Of a stretch of DNA of 35,539 bases, positions 16,490 to 26,980 are shown piece after piece. Each line of letters begins with the position of its first letter. Within the stretch, counting starts at the first letter, position 1. Source of the stretch: a virus. Taxonomy: Duplodnaviria > Caudoviricetes. The translations under genes and the position numbers were made by a program. The stretch covers positions 1-35,539 of the IMG/VR virus record IMGVR_UViG_3300032170_000067, one strand, 5' to 3'. The notes under the pieces are model-generated. The model searched no databases. It was not told the origin of the DNA and worked only from the letters and a program-made list of their open reading frames with translations.

Positions 16490-16855
16490 CTAATATTTAT
16501 TTAATGAACACCCTGGATCATCATAACTTATAGGTGGCTGAAAAACATAATTATAAATAGCAATCCATTTTTGTGCAAATACAACAATGGCTGGAATACT
16601 TGAACTTGAAGTAGTTTTTTTAGAAGTTGAAGATTTTGTTGTTGTAGAGCTACTTGAACTACCTCTTTGTGTTGCTGTAATAGTTTTTTGAGTTCCTGCA
16701 CTTTTTCCACCAGCCCCAACTGATTGTCTTTCTATAATTTTTTCAATAATTTCCTTTTTAGGAACAGTTGGATAAGTTATAACTAATGGAGTTCTGGTCA
16801 GTAGTAATCTTTTTCTATCTATTTGAAATCCTCTTATTATTCCTTTTATTAACAT
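16490..16855 (-). CDS. Hypothetical protein with Ser/Thr-rich tract
   Basis: TAATG coupling to the tail-tip gene. Confidence 0.6.
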   Translation of the reverse strand: MLIKGIIRGFQIDRKRLLLTRTPLVITYPTVPKKEIIEKIIERQSVGAGGKSAGTQKTITATQRGSSSSSTTTKSSTSKKTTSSSSIPAIVVFAQKWIAIYNYVFQPPISYDDPGCSLNKY

Positions 16856-19800
16856 TAAAGCACCTCGATTATACTTTTCATTATATTTGGAGTTGTTTCT
16901 GCTTCAGTTTCAAGTGTTAGTTTACAAACTCCCTTTTCATAAATAGTTTTAATTATTCTAAAAATTGGTAACTCTTTAATACCTAAAAATTTAACATTAT
17001 TATTTGGCTCAATTTCAACTGGCTTAATTCTTCCACCATTCTTATCAAAGATAAAATTATCAATTGAACAACTTAACTGATATCTTGGTTTTTTATGAAA
17101 ACTAAACTGTGCTTCACCAATCGCTTTTGCACCTACATCAGAAATTCCACCTAAACCAATAACGTGTTCTTTGTCAAATGGAATTTCTGAATTTTCATCA
17201 GTAAGTTCTATTTCCTGTCTTTTCATCATCTCATCAAAATAAACTAAATAAATTTTATTAAAATAACTTACAGAATTTTCCTCAAAGACTAAATTTTTAA
17301 TAGGGCAAATATAATCAATTGCCTCCCTATCTACTTCAAAAAATTTAACTTTTCTATCTTTTGTAATAGTCCATTCGTAATCTTGATATGCTAAAACATC
17401 TTCTAAAATATTTAAAGGTGCTGTTCTATCCCTATAATAAGCAGAAGTTAATTCAAAATTGCTTCTAATCCAATCAATATAAAAAGTAAATGCTGAATTA
17501 GTTGCAATTTCAAACTGAATGTATTTGATAGTATCTCTTGTTTCTATTGGAAAGTTATTTAAGTCAATTATTTTTTCTTGCCAAGCATCTTTATAATAAT
17601 ATTTAAAATTATCAAAATCCCCTGTTATGTTATAATATTCTAATTGTATATAATCTAATGCTCTTGCTATTACCATATCAACGGAAAGTTCAGTTCCGCC
17701 ATCAATTGAAGCATAAACAATTGTGCCTACTCGTCTGATTTTTACAGTATGCCAAGATATGTCTTGTGTATATGCTTGGCTCTCTAAAGCTGGGTCATAA
17801 TCTAAATACATCTCACTACCATATATATAAAACCATATAGACTCAATTTCGCCTATTAAACCAAGTTCAATACACACTGTAGTACCACTATCTGTGCTAT
17901 CTTGTTTAAAATCTACTTCAATTTCAAAATCATCATTAACACCTGATAACCAATCAGTATCAGGATATCTGTATCCACCACCTCCTGATGAAGTAATCTC
18001 TAAAACCCCACCAGTTATAATAGCATTATCTAAATTCCACTTTCCATCATCTTTAGAAAAATCAAATTCATAAATATTACTTGTAATATTAATTATTTTC
18101 TCTATCTTCTTATTTCTCAAAAAACCTAAATTATAATAATAAACATAATCCCAATAAGATTTTCCCAAATTAGCAGAATCATCCATACCAAATCTGAAAT
18201 ATTTATCAGTTGTAATTTGGGTTTCTCCACAAAGAGCAAAAACTCCATCAATATATAAAACCCAAAAATTATTTTTCATAGTAAGCCACAGTTCTCTATA
18301 TTTAGTCATATCTATTGAATAAGAATTACCAGCATCATACCAATCCTCAATTTTAGTTGAATAAATTGCTAATACTACACCTGCTATTCCATCTCTTAAT
18401 ATAAGTTGGGTTGTTTTCCCAGTATTGTCACATTTCATTCTTGTAATGATAACATTTCCTTTTACATTATGTCCCATATCAGTTCTTTGATAAACACAAG
18501 TATTTGCTGCAATTTTATTAATTGTCAAAATTCCATCACTAACGGAACCATAATCAGTTCCAATTAAAGTCCAAGCAGGTTCAGCATTTGGTGGTTCTTG
18601 ATCTGCTTCATATTGACAACTCCACTCTGGCTCAAACTGATACCTGCTATTTTCTCCAAATTTTACTTTTAAGATATCTCCTGTTATAGTTGAACGAACC
18701 CAAAATCTAAATAAATTTTTATTTTGTAAGTTTTGGATAAATGATAATGTTTTTGTTAGATTTTTTACTGGAGAATATTTAAAATTGTCATAATCTCCTG
18801 TGCATCCTTCCATTGTTAAGTATATATAATCTATTGCTCTTTCAGTCCCATAGTTCCAAGAAATCTCAGAACCACTATCTATTCTACAATAATAAGTTGT
18901 TCCTACTCGTCTGATTTTAAGTGTATGCCAATTTGTATCATCAACGAAAGATGTTGAATCTTTTAAAACTCCATCATAAACAATTCTGAAATCGTCAGTA
19001 GAACCACGAACATCAAAACGAATTGCATCTGTTGTATCCCCCACCAAATAAACTCTTACTTCAAAACCCTCAATTGAAGTAGTATCTTGTTTAAAATCAA
19101 CTTCAATTATAAAATCATCATCAAGACCAGACAGCCAGTTCACATCTGGATATCGTAAACCATAACCACCAGCAATAGTAATATCTAAAACTCCACCAGA
19201 AATGGTAGCATTATTTAAAGTCCATTTCTCATTATCAAAACTAAAATCAAAAAAATAAGATTTATTAGAACCTACAATTGTTTTAATTGAATGGTTTCCT
19301 TCTTTAACAATAGAATTCTCAAGTGAAAAATTAAGACCACCATTCCAACCATCTAAACTTTCACATAACTCAATATCTTTGTAATTGAAACAGTCTTGAA
19401 TTAAAGAAGTATTTAAATCTAATTTTTGTGTGTGATTAAGAAGTAAATCCTTTAAAATGTTTGAAGCATTTATTTCATCATCAGAAGTTAGTAATTTTAG
19501 ATTTTCAAGTTGTGCAAAATATTTATCTGTTGAAATAGTTGTATTAGAAATGCATTCAATCCTGAATTGCAAATATCTTTTCTCGTTATAAATATATACG
19601 CCTTCTTCAGTAGAATATACCGAAGAATATTTAAAATTATCATATTTTCCTGTTCCCTGGTCTATATAAAGTCCTATATCACTAATTTCTCTTTTTGTTC
19701 CATAGTTCCAACTGAGTTCTGCACCACTGTCTATTGAAAAATAGAGTATTGTTCCTATTCGGCGAATTTTTGCAGTATGCCAACTTGTATCTTGTGTAAA

Positions 19801-20766
19801 TGATTGTTGTTTTTTTGCTACACCCTTATAGTGAATTCTCATAAGAGAATGATATAAATCAAAACAAATAGGAGCATCATCTCCTACCAAGTATATTAGC
19901 ATTTCCATACCTTCTTCAACGGCATCATCTTGTTTGAAATCTGCTTCAATTATGAAATCATCATTTGCTCCTGATAACCAGTAGACATCTGGACTTCTTG
20001 TTCCACCCTTCTTCCATCCTGTTTCAGTTATTTCTAAAAACCCCCCACTAATTGTTGCACCGTCAAGTTCCCATTTCCCATCATCAGAGGAGAAACCAAA
20101 AGTATATATAATTTTATCAATTTCTGTTTTGACAATATCTAAAATTACATCTTCATCTATTTTTTTAGCATTTGCCCAACTTTTTTCAGTATATGGATTT
20201 GAGTGGTTTTCATCTAAGGTAACCAATTTTGTAGTAAAGTTAGCAGGTTGATTAAGAAGTATTCTTGCTTTTAATCTTTCTATATTCTCATCAATTTTAA
20301 TTTCAAATAATCCATCTTCTTCTGCGTTATAACTACGTTGCAATAAACTAATTTTAATTCCTTTATCTTCATCTGCTCTACTATAACCATATAAAATTTC
20401 ATCGCTTTGTTTATTATTTTTTTCGTTCCAGTTTTTAAATTCTCCAATATCATCTAAAACAAAAGTTTTTTTAATCTTTTTATTTTTAAAATCAATAAGT
20501 AATCCAGATGCTTTTAGATTGTAGTTTAAATTTCTATAATCTCTTTGAAATTCTGTAATATAACCTTGCCAGATAAGTTTGGAAAAATTATAAAGATAAA
20601 TATTGTTAAATAGCCCCACTTTATGATTTTGAAAGTAAGGATTTTCATTAAGTTTAAAATTTAGTTCAGAAGCTCCACCGTAGTGAATTTTTCGGAAATT
20701 TAGATTTTCTACTTTTTGAGGAAAATAATTGTTTTGGTTAGTATCAATAATTCGGAGTAATAACAT
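16855..20766 (-). CDS. Tail tip / baseplate hub (Tal-like) protein with repeated lectin-like domains
   Basis: Second gene after the tape measure; hub-like N-terminus (LIWQGYI); three ~157-aa beta-rich internal repeats. Confidence 0.75.
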   Translation of the reverse strand: MLLLRIIDTNQNNYFPQKVENLNFRKIHYGGASELNFKLNENPYFQNHKVGLFNNIYLYNFSKLIWQGYITEFQRDYRNLNYNLKASGLLIDFKNKKIKKTFVLDDIGEFKNWNEKNNKQSDEILYGYSRADEDKGIKISLLQRSYNAEEDGLFEIKIDENIERLKARILLNQPANFTTKLVTLDENHSNPYTEKSWANAKKIDEDVILDIVKTEIDKIIYTFGFSSDDGKWELDGATISGGFLEITETGWKKGGTRSPDVYWLSGANDDFIIEADFKQDDAVEEGMEMLIYLVGDDAPICFDLYHSLMRIHYKGVAKKQQSFTQDTSWHTAKIRRIGTILYFSIDSGAELSWNYGTKREISDIGLYIDQGTGKYDNFKYSSVYSTEEGVYIYNEKRYLQFRIECISNTTISTDKYFAQLENLKLLTSDDEINASNILKDLLLNHTQKLDLNTSLIQDCFNYKDIELCESLDGWNGGLNFSLENSIVKEGNHSIKTIVGSNKSYFFDFSFDNEKWTLNNATISGGVLDITIAGGYGLRYPDVNWLSGLDDDFIIEVDFKQDTTSIEGFEVRVYLVGDTTDAIRFDVRGSTDDFRIVYDGVLKDSTSFVDDTNWHTLKIRRVGTTYYCRIDSGSEISWNYGTERAIDYIYLTMEGCTGDYDNFKYSPVKNLTKTLSFIQNLQNKNLFRFWVRSTITGDILKVKFGENSRYQFEPEWSCQYEADQEPPNAEPAWTLIGTDYGSVSDGILTINKIAANTCVYQRTDMGHNVKGNVIITRMKCDNTGKTTQLILRDGIAGVVLAIYSTKIEDWYDAGNSYSIDMTKYRELWLTMKNNFWVLYIDGVFALCGETQITTDKYFRFGMDDSANLGKSYWDYVYYYNLGFLRNKKIEKIINITSNIYEFDFSKDDGKWNLDNAIITGGVLEITSSGGGGYRYPDTDWLSGVNDDFEIEVDFKQDSTDSGTTVCIELGLIGEIESIWFYIYGSEMYLDYDPALESQAYTQDISWHTVKIRRVGTIVYASIDGGTELSVDMVIARALDYIQLEYYNITGDFDNFKYYYKDAWQEKIIDLNNFPIETRDTIKYIQFEIATNSAFTFYIDWIRSNFELTSAYYRDRTAPLNILEDVLAYQDYEWTITKDRKVKFFEVDREAIDYICPIKNLVFEENSVSYFNKIYLVYFDEMMKRQEIELTDENSEIPFDKEHVIGLGGISDVGAKAIGEAQFSFHKKPRYQLSCSIDNFIFDKNGGRIKPVEIEPNNNVKFLGIKELPIFRIIKTIYEKGVCKLTLETEAETTPNIMKSIIEVL

Positions 20767-22014
20767 TTAATCACTCCTCAAAAATTTATATCTTGCTTTA
20801 TAATTAAGCCAAAAAGACATCTGATCTGTAATTTTATTTTCTGTGATACTATCTGAAACTACAACGATTCGAACTTTTCCTTTAGGAAGATAAACAAAAT
20901 TACCCCTATCATAGTTATTATTATCATTTTCATCTTGTAGATATGTGCTGAGTATCTTTTTTATAGTATCTACTTCATAAATTTCATTTTGAGAAATAAT
21001 CCCAATTTCACTTTTTCTAATTCCAAAACTTTCATCTATCGGAATTAATGCTATATAATCAATTCCAATTCTGTCTGATCCATTACCAATTAATTGAATT
21101 TCATAATTGGAATTAGTTGCCTGTGTTTCTGAATAAGGAACTTGAATTTCCCCAAGTTCAATTAATCGCCATAAATTAGTATCTTCTGCTTTAAATGAAT
21201 ATAAATCATTATATAAATCACCATATTTTAATCTTATTTTTATAACATCATCACTTGCACTTTCACTTTCACATCTAACTAGGACCAAATATCTACCTTT
21301 ATAATTTGCATTATTTAATGAGAATTTAATGTAAGTAGCCCAATCTGCTGTAGGATAAGCTATATCTGAATATGCTTTATTTCCTCCTCGACAATCTGCG
21401 TCAGCAGTTAAAGTCATATTAGTTAAAGTCTGTGATTCGGCTTCTAATACTGGTAAAAAGTTAGTGATATCTGAAATTAATTTCTCACTTTTTAAACCGT
21501 AATAAATATTGTAAATATCATCAGCAGATAATAATTTCATAAAGAATTCTGTAAAAGCAGAAATGTCTCCTTTTGTAGCAGAAATATCAAAATAATTAGG
21601 TAATGTTTTTGTTGCGTGAGGAGTTTCTGAATCACCTATATTAAGCAATTCACTATATCCAAAATTATCTACTAATAAACCAATATTAATCCAAATCTGA
21701 TTATTAATTGGTAATTTTGAAAAATCTCTTGTTCTTATTTCGTAGTTTAAAATTTCATAGAAAGTTGATTTTGTGGTTGCTGGTTTAATTTCTAAAATGC
21801 AATCTTTGCTCTCATCTTTAATTTTGTATAATTCATTAAATAAAGTTTTCAGATTTGCTAATGTGTTATCCGGAGAAGTTCCTTTAATTGAAATATCTAA
21901 ATTAATTACCTTCGAATTTTGATTTTTCAAAGAGTAAGGAAAAGAAATTATTGTTGTTGCATAAAAACCTGAATTTATAGATAATTCATTAATTTTAATT
22001 ATAGTATCAGCCAT
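20767..22014 (-). CDS. Distal tail (Dit-like) protein with inserted carbohydrate-binding-like domain
   Basis: Directly after the tape measure; LEAES...IDYIALIP segment typical of CBM folds. Confidence 0.65.
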   Translation of the reverse strand: MADTIIKINELSINSGFYATTIISFPYSLKNQNSKVINLDISIKGTSPDNTLANLKTLFNELYKIKDESKDCILEIKPATTKSTFYEILNYEIRTRDFSKLPINNQIWINIGLLVDNFGYSELLNIGDSETPHATKTLPNYFDISATKGDISAFTEFFMKLLSADDIYNIYYGLKSEKLISDITNFLPVLEAESQTLTNMTLTADADCRGGNKAYSDIAYPTADWATYIKFSLNNANYKGRYLVLVRCESESASDDVIKIRLKYGDLYNDLYSFKAEDTNLWRLIELGEIQVPYSETQATNSNYEIQLIGNGSDRIGIDYIALIPIDESFGIRKSEIGIISQNEIYEVDTIKKILSTYLQDENDNNNYDRGNFVYLPKGKVRIVVVSDSITENKITDQMSFWLNYKARYKFLRSD

Positions 22015-23681
22015 TACATCACTTCCTTTCCTTGAAATAATGATATTTGTCTTGCAAGTCTTTTTATGAATTCTTCGTCTCTCATTAATTGACTTGCCAT
22101 ATTAACATCGCCCATATTGTAATTATAATTAACCACACTTTGAGGTTTTCTAAGCAAAGCAATTAAATTTTTCTGCATCTCAGAAGTTAAAACAGCTTCT
22201 CCACCATGTGTTAAAATTCTTTGAGTTTTTGGAATTATTCCACCGAATTGAAAACCTGCACCTTCTTCCGGTCCACCTCTTCTTTTATATGTGTAAGTTA
22301 TTGTTCTATGAATATCTTTTGCAGCTTCTTTTAAATGTTGAACTCTTCCTAATGTATCATCAATATTGTCTTCGAATTTAATTTTTGGTGGATTTTCTTC
22401 TAAATATTTTGCACTTTTGTTAAATTCTTCTACTTGCTTCCTTGATTCTTCTATCGCTTTTAACACTTCTGGATTACGTGATTTAATTCCTTCTATCAAA
22501 TCTTCCCACGCTTCTCTACTTGCCTTTGCCCCTTTAGGAATGACTGCTAACATAAAGTCAGAAAGTGGAAGAATTAATTTAGTATCAAGTATATCACCTG
22601 CAATAAGCATATATAACTTGAGGTCCAAAACAAAATTTATAGCACCTTTTAATCCCTCTTTTAAGGTGTCTGCAAAAGTTATTGCTGTTTCCTCAGCAGT
22701 TCCAATTTCACCACTAACTCCTCCGAACGCTTTCTCTAAAGTTTTAACAGCAAGTTTTGCTATTCTCCAATCCTCACCAACAAACGCTCCAATAAAATCC
22801 ATAATCCAATCAAAAGCACTTTCAATTGCCGGATTAAGAATATTATCAATCCACCCTTGAACATTTTTGACTACTCCTTCCCAGCCCCCAAATGCTTTTG
22901 ATGCTTCATTAATTGCACCAACAATTTTTTCACCAATTAATGCTCTTAAATCTGACCAAATAGTAGAAAAAATACCTCCAACTTCTGCTAAAGTTAATAT
23001 ATCTTTACCTAATTTTTCAGCATTTTCTCTTGCAATTTTCATTGCGTAAGTTTGGAATCCAAGACGTTTTTCGTTTTCAGTTAATTGAGAGGAAGTTTTG
23101 CCTAAAGTTTCTGCATACCATTCATAGGCATCTGAAACTTGAAAAACAATCCCTAAATTATCCAAAATCATTTTTGATTGTCTACCCAAACCCATAGATA
23201 AACTCTCAACCATATAGTTAATATCCATTCCTGTTGCTTTTGCTGTGCGACGAGCGATTTCCATTACTTCATCAAAAATACTTGTATCTAATCCTAACAA
23301 CAACATTTTGTTAGCAGTTGCAAGTAAATCTACTTCTGCAATAGTTCCTCGTGTTGCTTTTTTCATATCAGCTAACAGTTTTTTAGAACTTGCTCCAGCT
23401 GCTTCTGCTAACGATTTAAAGGACTTTTTCAATGAGAGAGATTTTTGCCCTAAAATGATTAATTCTTTACCAACTTTGATTATGGCTTTTGCCATCTTTG
23501 CGGCAGCAATAACAACAGCAGCACTAATAACAGCTTTCCAAATAGTTGATACCCTTTTTCCAATAGTTGCGTTCGTTTTCTCAAACCTTTTTACAGATTT
23601 ATCTGCTTTATTAATTCCACTTAGAAAACCTGTGGCATCTGCTTCCATCCTTGTGATTAATTCACCTGTTTGTCTCGCCAT
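22014..23681 (-). CDS. Tail tape measure protein
   Basis: Ala-rich helical; LDNLGI motif; C-terminal FQFGGII...HGGEAVL; follows the chaperone. Confidence 0.9.
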   Translation of the reverse strand: MARQTGELITRMEADATGFLSGINKADKSVKRFEKTNATIGKRVSTIWKAVISAAVVIAAAKMAKAIIKVGKELIILGQKSLSLKKSFKSLAEAAGASSKKLLADMKKATRGTIAEVDLLATANKMLLLGLDTSIFDEVMEIARRTAKATGMDINYMVESLSMGLGRQSKMILDNLGIVFQVSDAYEWYAETLGKTSSQLTENEKRLGFQTYAMKIARENAEKLGKDILTLAEVGGIFSTIWSDLRALIGEKIVGAINEASKAFGGWEGVVKNVQGWIDNILNPAIESAFDWIMDFIGAFVGEDWRIAKLAVKTLEKAFGGVSGEIGTAEETAITFADTLKEGLKGAINFVLDLKLYMLIAGDILDTKLILPLSDFMLAVIPKGAKASREAWEDLIEGIKSRNPEVLKAIEESRKQVEEFNKSAKYLEENPPKIKFEDNIDDTLGRVQHLKEAAKDIHRTITYTYKRRGGPEEGAGFQFGGIIPKTQRILTHGGEAVLTSEMQKNLIALLRKPQSVVNYNYNMGDVNMASQLMRDEEFIKRLARQISLFQGKEVM

Positions 23682-23863
23682 TCTTTAATATCATCACTCC
23701 AATCAAGAATTTTTCTTTTAGGTATAATTTCTTCACTTAATTTATCAATGAAAAATAAAATTTCACTTAGTTTTAGATAACACAGTTCCCAGGGTTTAAT
23801 GCCAAAATGCTTTAACAAAATATATTTAATCTCTAATAATCCCTGGGAACTTTCTATTTTTTT
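23657..23863 (-). CDS. -1 frameshift extension of the tail assembly chaperone (gpT-like)
   Basis: Slippery A-AAA-AAA at 23863-23857; the -1 frame is open: IESSQGLLEIKYILLKHFGIKPWELCYLKLSE...KQVN*. Confidence 0.8.
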   Translation of the reverse strand, partial: KKIESSQGLLEIKYILLKHFGIKPWELCYLKLSEILFFIDKLSEEIIPKRKILDWSDDIKEWRDKQVN

Positions 23864-24135
23864 GGTTTTATGCCAAAAGTAAGATGTTTTCCTACTTTGT
23901 CAACTATATCCATCAGCTCAGAAGTAGATGGCCTGATTGCCTTGATTTTTGGATCAGTTAATTTGACTAATAAAAGAATTGCATCAATTATTTCTTGTGG
24001 ATGTTTAAAGAATTCTGCTGGTTCCTTACTGTGTTTGCTAAAAGCGTAAATTATTGGAAAACCAATATCTCCTGGTGGGTCGCAAGGAATTTCATATTCT
24101 TTTCCTTCAACCGTAATTTTAAAAATTTTATTCAT
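23854..24135 (-). CDS. Tail assembly chaperone (gpG-like)
   Basis: Between tail tube and tape measure; ends CCA AAA AAA TAG. Confidence 0.8.
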   Translation of the reverse strand: MNKIFKITVEGKEYEIPCDPPGDIGFPIIYAFSKHSKEPAEFFKHPQEIIDAILLLVKLTDPKIKAIRPSTSELMDIVDKVGKHLTFGIKPKK

Positions 24136-24146
24136 TTAACCTCCTT

Positions 24147-25109
24147 TTATATATATGCGGTTTCTACTGCATTACTTGCAGTTACAGTTATTATTTCTCC
24201 AGTTGCGGGTTTAATTGCTTTTGCAGTACAAAGAATTTCTAATTCTGTTGGTTCTGGGTCAAGAAATTTCTGAACTGCTAAATGTTTTAAAGAAGGTAAT
24301 TCAATTTTAAGTCCTTTCAAATCAGCATCAGTTCCATATGTTTGTTCAACTGTTAAAGACCCATCATCAAGCGCTGCAACTGGAGTTGTTCCTCCACCAT
24401 AAAGAACATTTTTGTAATGGTCTGAATCTACAAACTTCAATCTGAATTCAACATCAATATCAAAACCTAATTCAGTTAGGTCATTTCTAACAAAATCTTC
24501 TGTTTGACTATCCGGTGTAAGGTTTCTTAGAATAGTTATCCTAAAGAAACAAATATTTGCTATTACTACTCCGTCAAGTTTATAGAGTCCTTTGCCGTGA
24601 TAAAACATATATTTATCATTTGCTTCATAAGTAGGCGTTGCAGGTGATGCCTCAATACCTGGTGTTATTCCATAAAAACTAACTTCAATTGATATTGGTT
24701 GTCCAGAGTTTCCCTCTATGATTACCTGTTCTATTTTACAATCGGTAATCCTTTCAACCGTGTCTAAGTATTTTTCAATAGTTAGCCAAGGAATTGTATT
24801 TGCGTGTATGATTGTATGAACAGTTGGTCCTGTTCCCACAGGTGTATCTGCGCCCAAAACCCAAGCAAGTATTGCTGCTGCTAAATCTGGTCTTGCAAAA
24901 AACGAAAAAGTTCCATCCGGTTTATGAATATTTTTTACAATATTTGAAACCATTTGGTCACCTTCAAGTTCTCTGAAAACACCGATTTCCTGTAACATTT
25001 CAATAGTTTCTGCTGCTGATAATCTGACAAATTTATCAGGGACAATTCCAGTTCCTTTCGCTGTTTGTTTTGCTATACCTAAGTATCCTTCAGATGTTCT
25101 TTTTCCCAT
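24147..25109 (-). CDS. Major tail tube protein
   Basis: Position, size, GYLGIAKQTAKGT N-terminus, beta-rich. Confidence 0.8.
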   Translation of the reverse strand: MGKRTSEGYLGIAKQTAKGTGIVPDKFVRLSAAETIEMLQEIGVFRELEGDQMVSNIVKNIHKPDGTFSFFARPDLAAAILAWVLGADTPVGTGPTVHTIIHANTIPWLTIEKYLDTVERITDCKIEQVIIEGNSGQPISIEVSFYGITPGIEASPATPTYEANDKYMFYHGKGLYKLDGVVIANICFFRITILRNLTPDSQTEDFVRNDLTELGFDIDVEFRLKFVDSDHYKNVLYGGGTTPVAALDDGSLTVEQTYGTDADLKGLKIELPSLKHLAVQKFLDPEPTELEILCTAKAIKPATGEIITVTASNAVETAYI

Positions 25110-25264
25110 TATTTTTCACCTCCTTTTTTCTTTTCAAATTTTACAATATCCTTTCTTTCAAGATCTTTTTCAACACCCATAAAAGTCCCTCCTGGTTCTA
25201 TTACTCCTTGTTTAGGAACCCAAATAGGAAAAAAACCTAAATATCTTACTTTAATTTTTTTCAT
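25109..25264 (-). CDS. Small hypothetical protein, 51 aa (not in ORF track)
   Basis: MKKIKVRYLGFFPIWVPKQGVIEPGGTF...; GGAGG RBS; overlaps both neighbours. Confidence 0.65.
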   Translation of the reverse strand: MKKIKVRYLGFFPIWVPKQGVIEPGGTFMGVEKDLERKDIVKFEKKKGGEK

Positions 25265-25677
25265 ATACTTACCTCCTTTTTAATGTCCAAATAGAAGTTA
25301 ATAACACTAACTGGATTTTTTCTATCTCTTAAATAATCGACAGCGACTGATATAATTTTTGAAAAATCACAACTTCCGCCAAGAGATGAATTTGCTTGTA
25401 ATTTGTTGGTAACTAATTCAATAAAATTGTCAACATCTTGCTGAACACTTTCCGAGCCAGTTAATTTAAGATATACCTTAACAGCCACATTATAAACTCT
25501 ATCTAAACTATCAATTTCACTTGGAATAAATTCACTTATTCCTAAAGTTGAAATTGTGCAAGCAGGAAGATCAGAAGGAATTCCTTCTTTACCTGGCTCA
25601 TAACCATAAACTCCTTTGAATTCTGTAATTTCTTCTAAAATTGTTTTTAATTGTGTTTTTATATTTATTATGCTCAT
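25261..25677 (-). CDS. Tail terminator/completion protein
   Basis: Position and size; LPACTI, SLGG motifs. Confidence 0.65.
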   Translation of the reverse strand: MSIINIKTQLKTILEEITEFKGVYGYEPGKEGIPSDLPACTISTLGISEFIPSEIDSLDRVYNVAVKVYLKLTGSESVQQDVDNFIELVTNKLQANSSLGGSCDFSKIISVAVDYLRDRKNPVSVINFYLDIKKEVSI

Positions 25678-26033
25678 CTAAAAATTTTATCTATTGCTTT
25701 TTGAAATAAACGAATTATATTATCTATATTATTTTTTAATGCGTTTGTCATAAAATATTTTGCTTTTATTTTTTTAGTTCCAAGTTCCTGATAAATTGTA
25801 TAATGAACTTTAGAAGCAATTTCCCCTATAATTTTTGGACCTACAACTTTAGCTGGTTTTCCGTGTATATTTCTTCTCATATGTCCAGTTTTATGTGGGG
25901 CATCTTTAACACTATCTTTCCAAACAAGACTAACAGATTTGTTCATTGGATCTATAAGCAATCTTAAAGCCCTTTTATTATCAAACAGTTTTCTTAGTTC
26001 TTTTGCTCCTTTTAATTCCCATTTTATTTTCAT
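25674..26033 (-). CDS. HK97 gp10-like neck protein
   Basis: APHKTGHMRRNI...YQELGT...FM. Confidence 0.8.
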   Translation of the reverse strand: MKIKWELKGAKELRKLFDNKRALRLLIDPMNKSVSLVWKDSVKDAPHKTGHMRRNIHGKPAKVVGPKIIGEIASKVHYTIYQELGTKKIKAKYFMTNALKNNIDNIIRLFQKAIDKIFR

Positions 26034-26590
26034 ACTCTTACTTTCTTATAAGGGTCTAACCACTTCAAAACAAAAGGCGGCATTTCAGTCCCTGGTAGAG
26101 TAACAACAAAACCTTCATCAAATGTTTCGCTGTAATCTAATGTGTGTCTTTTAATATAAAAATGAACTAATGCAACACAAGACTGTTTTATAGGTTCTGG
26201 AATTGTTGTTGTATCTGCACCGTAACCAACGTTATAAGTAATTTCTACATTTTGATAACCCTTAGTAAAAACTAATCCATTCAAAACTATTTTTCCAAGT
26301 TTTTCATACAAATAGTAATCGTCCTCATTAATAGTTTCGCCATTTATTGTTAATGAAGTAATTGAATTAATTGGATAATAATCTACCCAAAGAACAGTAG
26401 TTCCATCACCATCATATTCCTCAGTTAAATCTCTATTTATTACTTTTTTGTGTAAGTGGTCTTCAATAGCGACTGAATATGCATTAATTAATGCTTCAAT
26501 TGCTATATCTTTGCCAGTATCATCCAAATCAATACCCATATCACTCTTAACATCGTTGACTGCACACAACGCATATTCTGAAAGAGCCAT
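26030..26590 (-). CDS. Head-tail connector/adaptor (gp6-like)
   Basis: VK..MGI, YPINSITS, YNVGY...IPEPIKQ, LDPYK. Confidence 0.8.
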   Translation of the reverse strand: MALSEYALCAVNDVKSDMGIDLDDTGKDIAIEALINAYSVAIEDHLHKKVINRDLTEEYDGDGTTVLWVDYYPINSITSLTINGETINEDDYYLYEKLGKIVLNGLVFTKGYQNVEITYNVGYGADTTTIPEPIKQSCVALVHFYIKRHTLDYSETFDEGFVVTLPGTEMPPFVLKWLDPYKKVRV

Positions 26591-26600
26591 ATCTCACCTC

Positions 26601-26885
26601 TTATTTATTTTTTAGTTCTTCCAACTTCTTGTCTTTTAATGGTTCAAGTTTCTTTTCTTCAACTTCTTCTACTTTCTTCAATTCAACTTTCTTTTCCTTT
26701 TCTGGTTCTGGTTCAGGTCTCCAACCTAATAGTTTAAACTCTTCTGGAAAATCTTTTAGTAACTGTTCTGCTTTTTCTTCAGAAACTGTTATTACTTTCT
26801 TTTTAGTAATAAGCACATCTTTTTTTGTTACTGGATCATAACCAGAATAATAATCACCAATAAATCTAATTCTTTTCTTCTTCAT
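26601..26885 (-). CDS. Small charged protein after the capsid gene (start revised to ATG 26885)
   Basis: AAGGAG RBS before MKKKRIRFIG. Confidence 0.65.
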   Translation of the reverse strand: MKKKRIRFIGDYYSGYDPVTKKDVLITKKKVITVSEEKAEQLLKDFPEEFKLLGWRPEPEPEKEKKVELKKVEEVEEKKLEPLKDKKLEELKNK

Positions 26886-26980
26886 CAAAACTCCTTTCTT
26901 TTTTTTGATTTGGGTGATTGTCAGAGCAACCACCCAATTATTACAATTTCCTTTGTAGTTTTACTCTGATAAAACTATTT

